Assembly: GCA_044892525.1 (NCBI GenBank)
Contig: CM097885.1
Coordinates: 122,574,001-122,638,000, forward strand
DNA from: Schmidtea polychroa
Taxonomy: Eukaryota
Direction of reading: 5' to 3'
DNA length: 64,000 nt
This document shows positions 62,457-64,000 of the stretch, one piece after another. The notes under the pieces are model-generated. The model did no database searches. It was not told where the DNA came from and saw only the letters and a list, made by a program, of their open reading frames with translations. Position 1 is the first letter of the stretch. Each line of letters opens with the position of its first letter. The translations under genes were made by a program, and so were the position numbers.

Positions 62457-64000
62457 TATTTATGAATAAGTCTGTAATTTTGTTTTATAATTGAATAAAT
62501 ATTTATGGAAAATATACAAAAAAGAACTTTTTTTACGTTTTTTGATTCTGTTTAGTCCAAAAATCAAATTAATGTTTCAACGATGAAAATGACTTTCATT
62601 GAAATCATCAATATACTATTATTAATCTGATTATATATACTATATTATATAGTAACAATTTATTTTTTCGTAAATGAGCATAACAAGAATTTAAGTATGT
62701 TTAAGTATTACATTAATATGTAGAAGTTCTCTACTTTGTTTTTGTTAGATGATGAGGGTAGGTCCATCACCACATTCACCCTCAATAAATATTACAGAAC
62801 AGGACCTAAGAGCTACAGAATCAACATATGTGTCGAAGAAAGGCAATAAAATAAATAATGATGAAAAAATACAATCCAATATTCGTTCAGAAACAGTCCA
62901 TCAAGAAACAATCAAGAAAAAATCAGTTATCCCTCAACATTGACTATTTCTATGAGAATTGTGCATATATCAAATCCCCCAACATTGACCATTTCTATTC
63001 TTATGACTATTGTGTAAATATCAATTTTTAGTTGATAATTTCATATTTTATATGTAAATATTATGTATTGGTTTCATATTTTATGTGTATTGATTTTATA
63101 TTTTATCTTATTCAGACTTAATTACTTTCATTGGGGTATTTTATTTTTATGTAATAAAATTTAATTATTAATTCTGTCTTAAACAGTTAATTAAAAATAC
63201 ATATAATTAATAAAAGGGTAAAAATCTATATATGATTATTAATTTTGTTTAATTAAAAATATATATTAAAATCATTATTATTATTATTACGCAAACATCT
63301 GCTGCCATAAGTTATTGAAATATTATAGTAAAATATTAATATTAATAAATCAATGCGAACATCTGTTATGAAAATATATAATAAAATATTAATATTATAA
63401 ATATTATTCCGTGTGTATAAGCCGGAAATTAAAATATTTTTATTTATTAAATATGGGAATAGTATAAATACCCAACCATTTTCAGTACAAATCGCCCAAA
63501 AAATTAGCGTTCAAGACACTTATTCGAAGGTTAATCCTGAGAATATTATAAAACCAGAATCAGACAGAAACGATTCACATTTCGACCAAACTTACTAAGA
63601 CATATCACGCACTACATAACATAAAACACAACATATATAATTTTGCAAGCAGTTCGAAAGAAGTAATTAAAGAAATCATCAAGTGTTAATAATTGTTAGA
63701 GTTAATTGTGCAAGTTATTCAAGAACTGAAATTGTTTATCTTCGGTAAATTTTATTTATAATAAATATTTATACAAAGACTTGTTTTTATTTATACATAA
63801 CAATCTTCTATGTGACCTTTTTGCTCTTGCCAGACCATGAACGAGCTAAAAGGTGATTTCTTTTATATTTTGTCTGACATTTCCTCCTCCCCACCCCCCT
63901 TGTCGTCGGTATTTGAATTATGAAGAAGTTCAAAAATTTAGCGAATGCATTCAAAGATTGTGTTGAAATTCAAAAAATCAAGATAATATTTATATTCAAA

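Noticed and set aside
62930-63030. Short imperfect tandem duplication (CAACATTGAC.ATTTCTAT) and possible exons in 63400-63900
   Set aside because: Only two units, and no phase-consistent exon chain or recognisable protein could be built.

Overview
Very AT-rich animal genomic DNA with many 45-60 nt GT-AG introns and seven N-gaps; the species cannot be fixed from the sequence. Three spliced host genes can be built: (1) an MMD/PAQR-family (hemolysin-III) membrane protein, + strand 1639-17819, whose three large introns hold transposon relics; (2) a secreted astacin metalloprotease with a C-terminal ShKT domain, + strand 21992-24337; (3) a roughly 4,000-aa apolipophorin/apoB-type large lipid transfer protein, - strand 25368-45024, with a 4.27-kb single exon. 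From 45.5 kb onward the window is almost all mobile DNA: MITEs, a decayed TBP-like ORF, a cluster of seven ROR-type response elements, a decayed Ty3/Gypsy element and a decayed hAT transposase. The standout is a young, structurally complete but non-autonomous LTR retroelement at 54507-59471. It has 1,046-bp TG..CA LTRs that differ at 3 positions by eye, a 5-bp TSD (ATGAC), a tRNA-iMet PBS and a PPT, and it sits inside the older Gypsy. Its LTRs carry intronless Rab1 and CCT3 fragments, its BEL/Pao-type Gag is fused in frame to two ubiquitin units, and pol is replaced by an acidic low-complexity ORF. All homology calls come from recognised motifs, not database searches.
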